From Nymphaea colorata (Eukaryota): a stretch of DNA of 64,000 nucleotides. The DNA lies in NCBI RefSeq assembly GCF_008831285.2, contig NC_045138.2:25482001-25546000 (forward strand). Reading direction: 5' to 3'. Positions 63,001 through 64,000 of the stretch are shown in pieces; positions within the stretch are counted from its first letter, which is position 1, and each line of letters begins with the position of its first letter. A model generated the notes under the pieces. The model saw only the letters and a list, made by a program, of their open reading frames with translations. It searched no databases and was not told where the DNA came from. The position numbers were made by a program, and so were the translations under genes.

Positions 63001-63605
63001 ACCAAGGGACCCTTGAACAACAAGAGGCTATCCAAGATTACCTTGGAAGATTAAGAAAATTCACTTCAAAAATTATGGATTACAAGTATATATGCTATCC
63101 GAAGATATAGCAGATCAAAAGAAAATTTGCTGCTCTCCTATACAAAGGTTTTTCTAGCTGAGTAATCTACTACAAGTTAAAAGCTGTCAGTTTAACCTCA
63201 ATGACAATACATGACTAGTAAAACAACAAATGTGCAAGTTTATACCTCTCTAGTGTAGTAATATCTGATTGAAGTTGAGCAGCTCTAGCTTTTGCCTCAT
63301 CTAAAGGCATTGAGGAACCTAGCGTTCGTTCACTCTGTTGAAGCCTTTTCCTTAATTCATTATCCTGCAAATTAGTGTACAAATGAGCACTAGAAAAAAA
63401 AAATGTATATTTGTTTCTGAAATGAATGACCACTGGTTAATGCCACATCAAAGATCATATCATACTCAGGAGGAAAAGAAATCTGAAAGCACAGAATCAA
63501 ACATTTCAAAAAAGATGTACAGGACTCTCACCCGCTTTTCAGCACATTGCCGATACAAGGAAATCTCATCTTGACAAAATGGTTCAATATCATTGATTTG
63601 CAAAC
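51087..63605 (-). CDS. 3' part of a plant coiled-coil protein of unknown function, join(63532..63605,63246..63364,58900..58983,51087..51180); 5' exons not resolved
   Basis: Four GT-AG exons splice in phase to LQINDIEPFCQDEISLYRQCAEKR-DNELRKRLQQSERTLGSSMPLDEAKARAAQLQSDITTLER-RMILASGIEGMEGFRQRWSLHGNLEDTR-KRLEALNQGMANRRKEEPQDSGSKKRWYFW*. Confidence 0.82.
51546..51709 (+). repeat. 5' LTR (164 bp)
   Basis: TGTTAAGAC...AATTCATCA, identical by eye to the 3' LTR. Confidence 0.97.
51710..51721 (+). other. Primer-binding site (tRNA-iMet)
   Basis: TGGTATCAGAGC immediately after the 5' LTR. Confidence 0.95.
52369..56604 (+). pseudogene. Copia gag-pol polyprotein interrupted by a single in-frame TAG (54508-54510)
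   Basis: Gag CQFCHRIGHTVDKC knuckle, protease WLIDSGAS, integrase HLRFGH/CESC with D-D-E, RT YVDD, RNase H DADYAG...KHVEVDCH. ORFs 52369-54510 and 54511-56604 share one frame. Confidence 0.93.
56603..56611 (+). other. Polypurine tract
   Basis: GAGGGGGAG directly before the 3' LTR. Confidence 0.9.
56612..56775 (+). repeat. 3' LTR (164 bp)
   Basis: Identical to the 5' LTR and followed by the TSD GAAAT. Confidence 0.97.
59640..60260 (-). mobile_element. LINE ORF1 fragment (DUF4283 end + zinc knuckle), inverted relative to the adjacent ORF2
   Basis: Minus strand reads IQLPIHLWNE...IARAL, then after a frameshift GRFARVKIEV...VVYE...FCDICGALTHMRSTC. Confidence 0.8.
60263..62600 (+). mobile_element. 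Degenerate L1-like LINE ORF2 (RT C-terminal half, zf-RVT, RNase H-like region) and 3' end
   Basis: SPYLFILLME, LMFADNLLL, YLGVPL, WRTLCKPKVEGGIGIR, RLTTQDKL...CHLC...HIMF and WKLWWFRN. Multiple stops and frameshifts. T-rich 3'UTR with AATAAAA at ~62558. Confidence 0.88.
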
Positions 63606-64000
63606 CTAAATAATTGTTTTACAATTAAACTTCTGGTAAAATTCACACTAATGCTAAAAAAGATGACTATAGCATGCTTAAACTACAGACTGCTGGCAAG
63701 TAAACAAATCATTCTCATAAAACAACTCAACCCCAATAAGTTAGGTGCAGATGACTTTTTGTTAACATCCCATCAACAGAGAAGGGTTGTAATAATATAC
63801 ATGAAACAGCAAGACTTGAATCAGCTTTCTTAGAACCATTATATACAAAATGTTTCACATGCTTCCACAAATTTACCTTTCCAGAATATAGGACCTCATA
63901 CAAGTGAATGTGCCATTCAAGAACCTAGAATTCCACAAGTAATCAAAGCCCCAATTCAAGTTCAACAAACTGCAGGGAGTAGCCGGCCAATGGAAGTAAA

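Noticed and set aside
63877..63924. Possible further exon of the host gene (AG...GTAAAT)
   Set aside because: The frame compatible with the next exon contains a stop, so it could not be joined.

Overview
Plant nuclear DNA: AT-rich intergenic space, spliceosomal GT-AG introns and plant transposon families. The species cannot be fixed from the sequence alone. (1) From 1 to 49 kb there is a minus-strand tandem array of two-exon germin-like protein (GLP, cupin) genes. It holds eight intact copies, one copy frameshifted inside germin box 1, one exon-1-only deletion remnant, and the promoter of a further copy lying just left of the window. The array sits in mosaic duplicated spacers with hAT-type MITEs, several of which have empty sites in paralogous spacers. 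It also shows an ~850-bp inversion, apparent gene-conversion tracts and orphan 3'-UTR copies. (2) At 41.0-46.0 kb a minus-strand gene carries three tandem Myb/SANT-like modules that can be spliced in phase into one ~617-aa protein. (3) From 51 to 64 kb lies the 3' part of a spliced minus-strand gene that the ORF track largely misses. Its last intron holds a very young Ty1/copia element with identical 164-bp LTRs, a GAAAT TSD, one in-frame TAG, and a predicted protease-removing intron that yields a short Gag. The preceding intron holds a degenerate LINE with an inverted ORF1 segment. All exon models were read by eye and need RNA evidence.
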